A DNA stretch of 64,000 nt from Vermamoeba vermiformis (Eukaryota): contig JBEWZL010000300.1 of assembly GCA_045837725.1 (NCBI GenBank), positions 186,001-250,000 of the forward strand, written 5' to 3'. Position 1 is the stretch's first letter. Each line of letters starts with the position of its first letter. The position numbers and the translations under genes are program-made. Below the pieces are notes generated by a model. That model had not been told where the DNA came from. It made no database searches and worked only from the letters and a program-made list of their open reading frames with translations. Shown one piece after another: positions 50,151 through 63,038 of the stretch.

Positions 50151-51433
50151 ACTGCAAAAATAGTGCGCAGCATTCACATTCAAACAGGCTTCGAGCTCAA
50201 ATCGTGTTAATTGGTAGTAAATATTTTAAATAAATTTATTGTTGAACGTCCGAATATTATTTCGTTATTTTGAAAATGAATCTGTTAGCGGCCCTACCAT
50301 ATCGATCTCGGATTGCTCTGGATCTGTTGGCTCCTCTCTCCCAGTTGGATGAATATACTGGAGTGTCTCGTGGATACTTTGGTTCTAGCAAGCAAAATAA
50401 ATGTGCGACGCAGAGCAACAAAGAAAAGTTTTTGCATGTTCTTACCTTGACCTCCTCTGCAATGGGCGGGCTGATGGCGAGCTTGGGTAGTTCTTTATTT
50501 ATTCCTAAACGGAAGTTAGCTTTGAAGAGTAGCAGATAAAAAGAGAAGGGACCTCGATCTCCACCGGTTCCAGATCACCGGTTTTGACTGGAATAGCTGC
50601 AACTCTCCTATTATCGTTTGAACTCATTTGAGCATTAATTCTTGAGTTAGCACGTGCATTTGCTCTGATAGATAAGTGTAAGGATGACTTCGGTCACCTT
50701 CTGCAAAGCAGCTATTGATCGTCGTTGCTCGAGAATCTGCAAAAGTCGACTAAGTATCGGATCAAAGCAGCCGTGATTAACAAGAGGTGTGTCGCCTATA
50801 ATTCAATATGGACGTTGGTATACTACTAGCTTTCTGTTTCTTCACTAGAGTGATCCAGTTCAGAAATAGTTTAAGCCAACGAGGAGCTCTGCACAGCTAT
50901 ATTTAGAGAGATCGGTTTGACTATGACACGTATCTTTAAAATTGACAAAGTGACTGCTATAAGTACAAATACAGTGATAAGTTCTGCATCTCTCGGCAAA
51001 TCTGTTCTGCGTTAGCTTGTTATTAGTATACCTAATTTAGATAAAAAAAAAAATAATGGAGTAATAATTCTTTGAGATTTTACCGAAAGATTCCGCCGCT
51101 GTGGTCGAGGCCGATAATAGATTAGATGAAGAACCGAACCTGGTTGAATTCTTCGCCTTTAATATTTTGTATGGGAGTAGTAATAATATTGTTATTATTA
51201 TGTCAGTATATAAGTTCAAAATTAGGTTTGGTTGCCAGCCGAAGCTTCGGTTGTCAGCCTCTCGTGGAATATTGCGAAAAGAAAAGTAATCACTGAGACT
51301 TGTTATTTCTTTTATCTAATATGATAAAGTGAGGCAGCCACAACCGCAACTTGTAACAAACAAAAAAGCCCGCCAAAAAAATTCAAAAAGTAACCAAACC
51401 GTTTTGAGTTGTTATTCATAAAATTGTCGCATT

Positions 51434-54400
51434 ATGGCCAGAAGGCGTAAGTATATATTTCGAATTCAATATATACTTACATTGGAATACGCGTAGTGTT
51501 CGTTAAAAGTTACGACTCAGATCCAAATCTGCGAGTGGACGACAGCCAAACAACAATTAAAATGGACTTAAATGAAAGCAAGATAAGAAAGCAAGCAATG
51601 GGTAATTGTATAATACATCGCTTCAAATATTACAAGGTTTAATTTTGGCATCTAAAGGCATGGCGCTTGCTGATCAAACAACACAATCGTATCACGAGTC
51701 AGACGTTGGTATGATATTATTTATTATTAATATTTATTTAAAATTCTAATTAATTGGGTGTTATTTTAGGTGATGAAGACATTCGTATGAACGAAGACGA
51801 CGATGATATGTTTGAAGTAGGATTTGACGATGATTCTGAGGACGAATCAAAAGATAAAAATATGCTGCAAACTAAGACCGGCAAGAACGTCATGAAAAGT
51901 TCTTCGAATCTGCACGGATCCAACCTGCAATCCGCTGAATTCGAATTTTTGAAACAGATCTCGTCTGACGATGAAGACGACTCAGCACCTTCATCCCAAT
52001 TGAACTCTCTTGCGCTAGGCGACTCAAATTCTCGCTTGCCTACTCAGATGCCGACGATGGGTCCTACTTTACAACCCACTAACAATTTTGAATCACTCGG
52101 CGGCTTCCACGAGCCTAATTTATCACTTGAAGAAACTGGTGGCAATGCCGCTGATGTAAGAACACGCATACTTCCAACAAGACCTTTGTACTAATTTTCC
52201 TTTTAGTTCATGGCGGATGTAGACGATGACGACGACTTAGCAGAGTTTAATAGTGACGACGAGGAAGAAATGAACACGCCACCACTCACTCAAGTACCGA
52301 AATTTCAACGCGAGCCATCGAGCAGATCCAACAACGAAGACGAGGACTTGTTGGACATGGTCGGCAAGTCTGAGAAGAAACAGTCCTCATTCTCATCGCG
52401 CAGCAAAGAAGTCAGCTCGGAAATGGACTCGCGTTCACTGAAATCAGACACCTCCAATCAAAAACAAGCCAAAAAGAGTGAAGTTACAGTTGAGAAAAAA
52501 TTTGTGGTCAAAACACCGGCCAAGCAGCAGAAAAAAGTCAACGAGAGCGTGAGTTCTGACGAAGAATTGATCGAAGAAAAACCAACGAAAAAAGAAGCGC
52601 CTAAACGAGAGCTGCCCAAGACTATTTTGAAGAACACAAAGCCTGTGGAAGTCAAAGAAACCAAGCAGAGCAAGAAGCCCGTGAAAGAGTCAGTTGAGTC
52701 TAGCGAGGGCGAAGATGACAAGCCCGTGTTCGTGAAAGAAAAGAAGACTGTCGAGAGCTCGAAGAAGACCGACAAATTGTCCTCAGATGACAAAAAGACC
52801 CCTGCAAAGAAATCCGAGACGAAAGAAAAAACCCGCACGGAGCTGAAGAGCAGCAAAGATAGCGCCAAAGAAGAGACCAAAGCGAGTGTCAAGGTCTCTA
52901 AGCCCAAAGAAGAGCCCAAGAAAGTTGTCAAAGAGAAGGCTATGGAGGTCAAAAAGAGCTCCGAAAAGAAGACCGAGCACGTCGAAGAAAAGAAAAAAGA
53001 TGTCAAAAGTGTCAAAGAGAAGCCTGTCGAAGAAAAGCCAAAGAAGAGTTCGAGTACTGAAGTGTCAAAGTCCACCAAGACACCTGTCAAACCGAGTTCT
53101 CGCGAGGACAAAGAGAACATCAAACACGCAGCGAACAGTGCGCACCAGTCCTCGGCCAAGACATTCAAGAAACAAAATGTCAAAACTGAAGCCAGTGACG
53201 AGGAGCAAGAGACACGTGTCAAAAGTGTCAAGAAAGATGTCAAAAAACAAGCGAGCTCATCGCCCAAGAAAGAAAAAGAGCGAACGAAATCACCGAGACA
53301 CTCACCAACTAAGTCAAAGTAAGTTCACTGAAAAAACGATTCAGTGAAAAGATCCTCATCGTTTGTTTCGCAGGCCTGCAATCCGAAAAGACATTTCTGA
53401 GCTTCAGCCCCGCGAAGTTAAAGCTCGTAAGTGCCGCTGAGTGTTTATTCATTGCATGTATTCACGCCACTTTCCTTATTTAGTTGAAGACTTGGCAGCC
53501 TTTTATCCAGCTGAAGGACTCGAAGACGATGACGAAGACAACCCGCGCAAAGCCACAAAGTTATTTGCAGGCATTACGTTTGTCGTGACAGGCTGCAAAC
53601 GAGCCAAGAAGAGCTTGTCGGAGATCACCGAAGTGATCACCAGAAATGGCGGCAAAATTGCTATTTTTGAACAAGTCGGCGTGAAGAAGACTGTGCGTGC
53701 TGGGTAGGTTCTATAAGATACCTTAATGTACACTTACTAAATATGGTAATAGTGTCCCCTCGCTAGTTCTGATTGGTGCTCGTGCCGAGCGTACAAACAA
53801 GTACATTTTGGCCCTGGCTGCAGGCATTCCTTGCGTGCACTACAACTGGCTCTATCAGTGCCGCCACGACGTGAGTTCATTTGTGAATATACAGCACTAA
53901 TACAGCTCTTAATATGACACATTCTTTAGGGCAAGATTGCTGACATGGAGGACTTCTTGTTGCCCGCTGGTTTCTCAATCGAAAAAGAAGAGCGCATCAG
54001 CCAGTACGTGCTCGATTTGTGACGCTTTCACATGACACCAGATCTAATTCCTTTTCGTTCAGATTGCCCGAAGTACTCACTGACGAGGCGATTGACCCCG
54101 TGTTTTTGCTCAAGAAAGGCCGGTCATACGACGCAGCTCGAATTGAAGTTGTGGGCTCACCCGAGTTCAAAGAGCAATGGACACCCATTTTGAGTGCTGG
54201 TGGTGCTAAAGTCGTGCAAAGACTGTTCAGCGCGTACGAGAACATGGATCTGATATTCAGCGATCAAGAGCCATCAGATATTGTGTGGGAGAAGTCCAAA
54301 GAGCTCAAGAGGCCGTTGTGCAATGTGGAGTGGGCCATTCAATGCATCATCAGTCACCAGTACATTGATCCGATGTCGCGTGAAGAATATCGAGTGATTG

Positions 54401-54477
54401 TCGAAGAAGAGAGCGGCAGTGACCAGGAAGACAGCGCTGAAGAAATTTCACTCGAACAATCTGCCAGCGAGGAATAG
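51434..54477 (+). CDS. Large K/E/S-rich protein with C-terminal tandem BRCT domains (checkpoint mediator-like)
   Basis: LFAGITFVVTG..ITRNGG; RTNKYILALAAGIPCVHYNWL..C; ILSAGGAKVV..PLCNVEWAIQCII. Confidence 0.8.
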
Positions 54478-54654
54478 ATCCAGTCACGTGATCGAAGACG
54501 TGATATTAATGTAATTATATAGCAGTATACCTTGTTTTGGACTAATGTGGTGTTTGCTTTCTTTGGCGGATCGCAAATAAAACCTCAAATTATTTCCATA
54601 AATGGCAAAAATAGCACGTTTTTTGCTGAATATTGTTGCTATTAAATGACAGTT

Positions 54655-56550
54655 TTATTTTTTGGCTTGTTCGCGCCTGTTCCGATGTTTATTTGGCGAT
54701 TTTGGTCGGTTGTTGTTGTCTTTGAATGGTTTGAACGGACTCGTCAATTCAGACACGCGCTGAAGGTACTGCACTTCGGAGGGCAGCGGCGAGTGGTCTA
54801 TTTCCTTATTTAGTAATCACGTGATATGCAAAATTAGTAGCTGTGACGTACCAGGTGTTTTGGGGCTCGGCGTTGGATCCGAGTCCAAGTGATCGCACAC
54901 GTCCATCAATAGACTGGCCAGACCGTGCTTGTCGCCCTCGTGATAGCGCAATAATAAATTTGATAAAATTGCCACGTTCTTCGTCACAATCGCTCGTTGC
55001 AAGTCAATGTCCTTTGGCGTGCCGAGCGAAAATTCTTTCTTCTCGTTGAATTGTTGCAATATTAATCTTAATAAGGAAATCACTGCTGGTGTCTCGAGTA
55101 TTGATTGCGTAAATGAATGCAAATAAAACTTGTTCTCGAACAGCGAATTCTTTGCAGCTTTTGAGTTGACAGCACTGACCAAGTCCCGCAATTTAATCCA
55201 ACACAGTCCTTGCAACTTTTCTTCGGTCTTATCTGGAATAAATCTTTGCAAAGATTAGTAAACATTTCCTAATTGAGTAATGACAGAAATTTTCTCGTAC
55301 TTGTTGTCTTCGATGTCAATGTCCGGTACTTGAGTGGTGAACAAGTAATATTTGCCTGCGAATGAACCTCGTTAGTCATATCGCCTATAACCGCGCCATA
55401 TCACCAGTCACGCACCTGATCTAATGTACACTGCGTTCTTGGGATAGTGACTGCTCAGCTCTTCTTTCATGGTCTCCAAGTGTGCTGCAAACAAGTTGGC
55501 TGTCTCTTCGTTGAATTCTCTGAAAGGAGGGCTGGTTAGTACGAGAACAAATACAGCTTGCCCACGCGTCAAAATTTCGCAACAAAATCACGGTAATAAA
55601 TACGTCTTATAATATTATAGTCACTCGCTGAAGTACCTTAATGCAGTGTTAATTGGGTCTTGCAAATCTTTCGTGTCAATTTTTCCACCAGGGAACGAGA
55701 GACCTTGATATTCGGGACTGGAAACAAAGAATATACGTGAGTGATTGGTGTAGCAATGCTATAAATATATAATAGGTGCCTAGTACTATACATACTTGTT
55801 CTTAAATGGACTGCCAGGTCGTGCCTCACGTAACATAAGGACGAACAGATCAGAGTCGCGCGTAGATCCGCTTGGTTGTTTAGTGGGAGTTACTGGCTCC
55901 TTAATATTACTGTCGCTACTAGGTATATTTGTATTGTTTTGAATAGTATCATTTGATGTATTGAGTGCTGCGGTTGGTTGAGCAGATGTGTTATCAAGTT
56001 GGATCTTATTCATGTCAGCTGTAAGTTTATCCACTGCGATAGATAATAATTAATTGCTAGCATCATTAAAATATAAAGGCAAATTGGCATCAGTTTCAGA
56101 ATACAAGCTATCAAATTAATTAAATTACAATATTGGGAAAAATCATTTTATAAATTATAGGAAGGCCTTATATTGCTTAAATCGTTATAGCATGCCAATA
56201 AATAATAATCGTACTAATATCTTACCATCGCTAATTTTTTTGAGTGCGATCGGAATGATTCCTGCTGATCGAAATTCGCGTTGATATCTGAACTGCAAGC
56301 CACTCTTAATTGTGAACGGCGATCTGATACAGTATATTAATGACACTATAGTAATAACGGATAATATTTCAAATGATATTCAAGCGAGATCTGACGCGTA
56401 CCGCTCGTCTTTGTTGGGCGTGGATGACATTGTGCGGCAACACCGAGAAAGATCGCGTTCTAAATATATAGTGCCTACACGAGTGCTGATCGTATATTTG
56501 TCTCTTGTATTAAATCTTCTGAGTCCGATCGTGGTCACTCGTTTCAGCAT
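54655..56550 (-). CDS. Nudix hydrolase, multi-exon, possible mitochondrial presequence
   Basis: Spliced RSAGIIPI...FVLML...LSFPGGKIDTKDLQDPINTALR|EFNEETA (Nudix box); Arg-rich N-terminus MLKRVTTIGLRRF. Confidence 0.75.
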
Positions 56551-56756
56551 TCTTGAGATCTGGCCTAAAAATCTGTTTCAAACGATAAATACTTCGCTAA
56601 ACAACAAACAACAACTGTCACATCCGTACATGCCATAGATAGTCTTATTTGTTGCTCAGTGGTGACGGACTTTGACTGGATCGCGTAAACTCACCAAATA
56701 AAAACGAATTTTTTTTTGCTTTTAGTTCGTCAATCAACGTGCACATAATACACAAC

Positions 56757-56918
56757 ATGGTCTTCGGTACTATCAACAACTGGGTCAAGGCTCAATGGAA
56801 CGCTTGGAAAGCTGGCGGCATTGGCCGAGCTTTGATCCTTGAACACACCAAGAACATTGCTCTGTTCGTCGTATCAGTCTACTTGGCTCGATTCCACTCT
56901 CAAAAGTTATTGGATTAA
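56757..56918 (+). CDS. TOM6: TOM6-like mitochondrial import subunit (53 aa)
   Basis: MVFGTINNWVKAQWNAWKAGGIGRALILEHTKNIALFVVSVYLARFHSQKLLD; TM segment matches the recalled TOMM6 pattern NLGLFAAGVWLAR. Confidence 0.65.
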   Translation: MVFGTINNWVKAQWNAWKAGGIGRALILEHTKNIALFVVSVYLARFHSQKLLD

Positions 56919-57127
56919 TTTACTTCGGAGTTAAAACAATTTTGGTTTGCGGATTTGCTAATTAATGATCTTGCCGGATCTCGGTAACAAAATATTCTTG
57001 TACAAAGCTAATTCTATATTACTGTTTGTAATATATTGTAATAAATTTTAAAATCGTATACAAAGCTCTTACTAATTTTACAACATTTTTTATTGACAGA
57101 TCTCGATAATTACAACTTAATTCTAGT

Positions 57128-57508
57128 TTACAGCTCGTCTTTGTTCTTGTGGCGCTTAATTTTAGCATCAAGCTCATTAATATCAGGACGATCCTCCATT
57201 ACGTCATCAGCACCTGAAAACATGTTCTGAAGTCTCGAGCCAAAGTTACCGATCGCATCTGAGATGGAGGCACCCCAAGACCCTTCAGCGCACAACGAGT
57301 CGCAGATAGAGCAAGCAGTACATAACTTACAATACTTGCAGTAGCCACAGAATGGTTTTGCAGCGGATGTAACGCACGGACAGTCTCTGCAGTCTTTACA
57401 AAACTGGCAGTACTTGCAATAGGCGCACGGCGATTCTAGTGCGTGCGAATAGTGGGCTAGTGTTGCAAGAACGATAAAGGACAATACAACTGTGGTGATG
57501 TGTTTCAT
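57128..57508 (-). CDS. Small ER-lumenal Cys-rich protein (HRC C-terminal domain-like) with KDEL
   Basis: Signal peptide; CxxCxxCxxCxxCxxCxC..CxxCxxCxxCxxCxxCxxLCAEGSW; ends KDEL. Confidence 0.8.
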   Translation of the reverse strand: MKHITTVVLSFIVLATLAHYSHALESPCAYCKYCQFCKDCRDCPCVTSAAKPFCGYCKYCKLCTACSICDSLCAEGSWGASISDAIGNFGSRLQNMFSGADDVMEDRPDINELDAKIKRHKNKDEL

Positions 57509-57573
57509 TTTTCTGACTTAATTTTTGTTTTAAAACCGGAGCGCGTGGGGCATTTATTAAATGCGTACAAAAG

Positions 57574-57852
57574 TTACTTGCAATGCTGTTTTTGACTCCT
57601 TGTAAGTGGACGGGGAGCCACGGAGGTGTTGAACCACAGCGCCTCTTCTTTCGCGGTTGCCACAATATGTCGCATCTGCTTGTACAACGAAGGTTTCTTT
57701 GTCTGTTCGTCGGACGGTAGAAGTGAGGCCGCAGCAAATAGCAAATCCTGCTGCATTTGTTTGGGAGCTGAAGACTTCTTCGTGAGATGAATTACAACTT
57801 CTGGACCTGTTAAGTCGATAACCTCGATCTCGGCTAGACGTGGTGATTGCAT
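57574..57852 (-). CDS. Small basic protein, paralog A of divergent pair
   Basis: MQSP..VIDLT..KKPSLYKQ..AKEEALWFNT..AP.P.TRS shared with 58379-58900. Confidence 0.7.
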   Translation of the reverse strand: MQSPRLAEIEVIDLTGPEVVIHLTKKSSAPKQMQQDLLFAAASLLPSDEQTKKPSLYKQMRHIVATAKEEALWFNTSVAPRPLTRSQKQHCK

Positions 57853-58166
57853 GCTGGGGATTTAGTGAATAACAAATTCGAAGGTTTTTTTTGCATAAGC
57901 AAAAAATTGGCTAAAAAGGTTCTTCAATCGTAAACGTAACTTTACAATTTAAATCACCCACGCAGGATCGCGAAATTCCCAGCCTAATCGGACGGTTACG
58001 AAAATAAAATAAATCACAATTAAAACACTGCATGTGACCAACCGATAGGAGAGAACGTCACCTTTTGTTGATTACAAAAAATCAAAGCAAAACAACAGGA
58101 TACATGGTCACAGATCAGTTCTACGGCAAATCTGACAAACACTTCCTCCCTGTTACTGGTCATGAC

Positions 58167-58340
58167 CTTCAAATTCATTGACCCGCTTTTCAAAATTCAT
58201 ATTCACTTTCCAAAATTCATTGACCCGCTTTCAATATTCATTTTCGCTTTCCAAAATTCATTTTCACTTTCCAAAATTCATTGACCCGCACTTTCAATAT
58301 TCATCGCTTTCCAATATTCGCTTTCCAATATTCGCTTTCG
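58167..58340 (+). repeat. Degenerate minisatellite built from TTTCCAAAATTCAT and TGACCCGC units
   Basis: About 8-10 imperfect CTTT(C)CAA(A/T)ATTC units directly upstream of the 58379 ATG. Confidence 0.8.
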
Positions 58341-58378
58341 CTCATTCACTTAACGACCAGTGTTAAATTCACTGACAA

Positions 58379-58900
58379 ATGCAATCTCCACCAGCCACCA
58401 GCCAGGTCATTGACTTAACAATAGATCTTCCCCACGCTGCTCGTGAAGATCCTCCACCAAAGAAACCTTCACTGTACAAGCAATACCAACAAATCGCTGC
58501 TGCCGCCAAACTGGAGGCTCAACAACATTCCAGAGGTCCCGCTCAATCGGCGATGAAAGACAGTCTGCGCAAGCGTCTGCCACTCACACCTTCCAAACGT
58601 AGTGCATCTGAAGTGGGTTCAGAGGACGAGAGACATTCTAAGCGAATGAAAACACTTGGTGGCTCAACTGAACCTCTCGTGTGGGGTAGACAAATCGGTG
58701 GTGAGCATAGCGATGTACCTCCTTGCCCAGCTACCACGATCCACCGTCCCATCGACGCCGACGAACGTCCAATAAAGAAACCCTCAAAGTACAAGCAATT
58801 TGCGAAAATTGAGGCAGAAGCAAAAGAAGAGGCTCTGTGGTGCAACACAGCTGCGGCACCACATCCACGAACTCGAAGTGGCAAGAAACAAATTAAGTAA
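58379..58900 (+). CDS. Small basic protein, paralog B of divergent pair
   Basis: MQSP..VIDLT..KKPSLYKQ and a second KKPSKYKQ..AKEEALWCNT..APHPRTRS. Confidence 0.75.
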   Translation: MQSPPATSQVIDLTIDLPHAAREDPPPKKPSLYKQYQQIAAAAKLEAQQHSRGPAQSAMKDSLRKRLPLTPSKRSASEVGSEDERHSKRMKTLGGSTEPLVWGRQIGGEHSDVPPCPATTIHRPIDADERPIKKPSKYKQFAKIEAEAKEEALWCNTAAAPHPRTRSGKKQIK

Positions 58901-58962
58901 ATATATATTATATATATTAATAAATAAATGTTTACATCGATTTTAAGCCGACTGCAATGATT

Positions 58963-61154
58963 TTATTTCCGCCTCTTGTCTTTTTTTTGCTCGAGATGAG
59001 CTGTGTTACCGTTATAAGCCCACGGACTCGGGCACGACTGACTCATGTACTGAGCCCACAGCTGTGAGTACACGTGATAGAACTGATTTAATCCCGCGTA
59101 GTACTGTTGCCAGTCAAATTCTACTCTGTTATCTGCACCAGATCCGTCGGCATCACCTTCACTCTCGTGGTCGTATTGCTCGTCATAACTGTGGTCCCCT
59201 CGTTGTGCAGCACTGTATGCCGGTGCATTGTTTTGTGGCTGATAATACTGCGCGTTGTGTGGATTATAATTGTAAGCGTAGTTTGCATTGTTATAATAAT
59301 CGCTATAATATTGGCCGTAATAATTTTGATATTGATTACTATTCTCATTGGTATTCACCTCGTGCTTAGTATTAATTTTCTTCTCATCGTCGTATTTTTT
59401 CTTGGCCTCTAGTTTCTTGGCCTTCTTTTCCTCACGTCGTTTCGTGTCTTCTTTTAATCGCAATGCGTCTAGACTCAATTGCTCCGCTGCCAACTTGTCT
59501 TGCTCGTCGGTCAGTTCAAAGTGATAGTTCTCTTTGATAACTTCATCCAAGTTCTCGGGCAGTTCATTGACGGGTGTTAAATACGCGTCGCTCACTGACT
59601 TTTGCAAAAATTCTCGTTCCGCGGCTGTCACGAAGCTGACCGCAATGCCAAGAGTGCCAAACCTGCCCGTGCGTCCTACTCGATGCAAATAGGTCTCGCC
59701 GTCGTGTGGCACATCGAGGTTAATGACGAGATTGACTTTATCGACGTCTACACCGCGTGCTGTCTGACATGGAACAGGCCGTCAGCGTCTGTAAATCAAA
59801 TAGTAGTACGAAGAACTTACCAAGTCAGTCGAGACTAATATGCGCAGCTTAAATCGTTTCAAGTTCTCCATTGTGTGGATACGCTCTTGTTGAGACTTCT
59901 GTCCCGAAATGAATTCATTGACCCACCCTTCCGCATTCAGTCGTTGGCACAGTGCCTCGGCTCTGTATATTAATATGAGCGAGATGATTACTATAGTACG
60001 ATTGTGTCCTTGCGTACCTCGCTTGATGGTTGCAGAATATAATACATTGATGGAAGGGTATTTGCGAGAGCACTTGAATGATCTTGTTCACTTTCCAGTT
60101 GAAGATCTTGTACGGGTGCGTGAGTTCAGCGGGCACTTGGCAGTAGAATTGTTTCACACCTGATGCATTAGATGAGCTTCATGCGACTTAAATTGGGTTG
60201 CTCGTACCTTCCAAGCTTGGCTTATCCGAGTCCAGCAGCACGAGCTGAGGGCTGTGCATCATGTTTTTGATATGTTGCAATAGATCTGCGGGATAAGTGG
60301 CGGATAAAGTCATCATTTGTTTCTTGTCTGGCAGTCGTTTGTAGATCCAGCTGAATAGACGTCAGTACCGCGATGAAATTAGGCACTAAGTAGCACTTAC
60401 AATATCACTTCGATAAAGTTCAAGTCAAACAGCTTGTCAGCCTCGTCAAATATGAACAATTTGATCGTATTTACATTCAAGTACTTCTCTTCAATCAGCT
60501 GTTTGATGCGTCCTGTACACTAGTCAGCGACTAATTTAAGCTAGATTTTAATATGATCGTACCAGGAGTGCCTATTATAACATTAGGCTGCTGTAATAAA
60601 CTCTTTAAATCTTCTTCAAGCGGTATTCCACCAATGAAAGTACTGCAGATCAGATCACCTTGCGCGATCAACTCTTTGCCGACTGTGTTCATTACCGCAG
60701 CACTTTGAAGAGCTATTTCGCGCGTTGGTGTTAAAATTAAAACCTATTTAATACTTCGGGTCAATCTAGAGTAAAATTATACCGTGTTCGGGCTTCTTAC
60801 CGTCGGTACTTTCTTATTTGTTGCCTTTAATATTTCCTCTAATGATATAATAGTATATACAAGTGTTTTGCCGGTTCCGGATTTCGCCTGTGCAATCACA
60901 TCTACGAAAATATTAAAAAAAGATTTTAGAAATTAAACAAAATTACCTGAGCCAAATTTTCCTTTTGGGATAGCTTGTAGTTGTATAGGAGATGGTTTAA
61001 AAAATCCTGCGGCATTTAAGCCAGCCAATATCGGCTTCGACAGAAGTAATTGTTCAAACGTAATATTCTCGTCTACTACGACATCTTTCGTTCTTTTTCT
61101 GGCACCATGTGAATGACTACTATAAGAGGATCCTTTGTCATGTGATGATGACAT
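58963..61154 (-). CDS. DDX20: DEAD-box RNA helicase DDX20/Gemin3-like
   Basis: [82 protein letters not shown]. Confidence 0.88.
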
Positions 61155-61227
61155 CGTAAATAATAAAGAAAGATCCGAGAGCAGGAATTTGCTACGAAAA
61201 ATCATGGCGCTAATTTATTTAGCAACT

Positions 61228-62890
61228 CTAGTGCTTGGGCAACACACCAATAAAGTTGAATGGTGTAATAGCCTTGAGCTCAGCCTTAACAGCGTCGCTA
61301 ACTTTCAACGTGTCAACAAAGTCAAACATCTGTTTCTGTGTGATTTGATCGCCAGTGCGTGTCAGCTCTTTCAACGCTTCGTACGGCTTCTCGTAGCCCT
61401 CACGACGCAACACAGTTTGAATGGCTGTGCAGGGGTTAGTATACGAGCACTTGCAAATCAAACTGGACGTACCTTCAGAGACCACGACCCAGTTCTCTTC
61501 GAGGTCCTTCTTAATGCGCTCGTCATTGATCAACAACTTGCTCATGCCGCGCAACAACGACTGGAAGGCGATCAATGTGTGTCCGAAGGGAACTCCGAGG
61601 TTACGAAGCACAGTTGAGTCCGTCAAATCACGTTGCAAACGCGAGATCGGGAGTTTGTTGGCAATGAATTCAAAAGAAGCATTGGCCAGGCCCAAGTTTC
61701 CTTCAGCGTTCTCAAAGTCAATAGGATTGACCTTGTGTGGCATGGCTGAAGAACCGACTTCGTTCTTGGCAATCTTTTGCTTGAAATAGCCCAACGAGAT
61801 GTACATCCACATGTCGCGGCTGAAGTCAATCAAGATGGTGTTGATGCGCTGTAGGATTATTAATGTTAATGCTCCTTGACTTAGAACAACGTACCATAAT
61901 GCCGTGGAAGAGAGCAGCGAGGTTGTCGTACTGTGAAATTTGAGTGGTCCATTGTTCACGCACCAAGCCAAGGCCAGAGACGAATCTAATAGGGTAGCAC
62001 ATGAGTAAGCATTAGTACTCAATAGGAGCTGCATACTTATCAGCAAAAGCGGGCCAGTCAATGTTAGGGAATGCAACTGCGTGCGCATTGAATTGACCAG
62101 TAGCACCACCGAACTTGGCACTCATAGGGACCTGTGAAATGATTAGCAGGCCTCTCAATGACCACTACAGGTGTGCTACATACTTGCTTCAACAAATTAA
62201 GTTGACCACGAGCTCTGTCCAAGAAAACATTGATCTCTTTGCCCACGCGTGTTGGAGTGGCTGGTTGACCGTGGGTGCGTGCGAGCATAGGCACTTCAGA
62301 CCAGTCGCGCACCATGGTCTCAAACTGAGTCAACAAGGAGTTGAGGGATTTGTAGTAGTCGTGCTCCATAGCCTCGTGCAAGGAAAGAGGGATTGACGTG
62401 TTGTTAATGTCTTGCGAAGTCAGACCGAAGTGGATCCACTCTTGCAGACCCTTCAAATTAGGGCATTGTTGGTCGATTTTTTGTTTCAAATAATATTCCA
62501 CGGCTTTGACGTCGTGATTGGTGACTTTTTCAATCCTGAAGTGCGTAATTAGCAAGAGATCTCACAAAAATAATTTAAAAAATCCCATAAGCGCAATTTA
62601 ATAATCAAAATTAATTATTATTGTGCTTACTCTTTAATAATCTCAGCTTGCTCCTCGGTAAAATTTTCCTTTTTGTACAAAGCTCGCAAAAGTTCGAAGT
62701 CTTTAAGATGCTGTTGCTTGGCTTGGACCAAAGCAGGAATAACATCAAATAAGGCAATAAAATATTCTACTTCAATGAGGACACGGTAACGGAACAAACT
62801 GTACTCGGAGAAGTATTCTGAAAGTCCTGAGACTTTGCTCCAATATCGGCCGTCAATAGGCGAGATAGCTCTCAAGGGAGACAATTCCAT
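61228..62890 (-). CDS. purB: Adenylosuccinate lyase (PurB type), multi-exon
   Basis: AISPIDGRY, TNHDVKAVEY, IHFGLTSQDIN, ARTHGQPATPT, GSSAMPHKVNPIDFENAEGN. Confidence 0.97.
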
Positions 62891-63038
62891 CGTGTTGTTG
62901 TATTCTAAGGTAAGATAGTATTGTGAGGAAAGTTAATTCCGCAATGAAGCCTCGGTACCACGTGGTTTTGGGGTCAAATTTGGATTTTTCAACAATCGGA
63001 TCAATATTTCTTGCACGTAGGTTTTCGGTACCACAAAT

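Noticed and set aside
52458-53267. 269-aa hydrophobic antisense ORF (also 37086-37382, 49721-50233)
   Set aside because: Shadow frames of K/E- or RS-rich low-complexity coding sequence.
58167-58340. CRISPR-like array
   Set aside because: Units are degenerate with no unique spacers, in a eukaryotic context with no cas genes.
61228-62890. Bacterial contamination or recent transfer of purB
   Set aside because: The gene has several spliceosomal introns, and this PurB type occurs in many eukaryotes.
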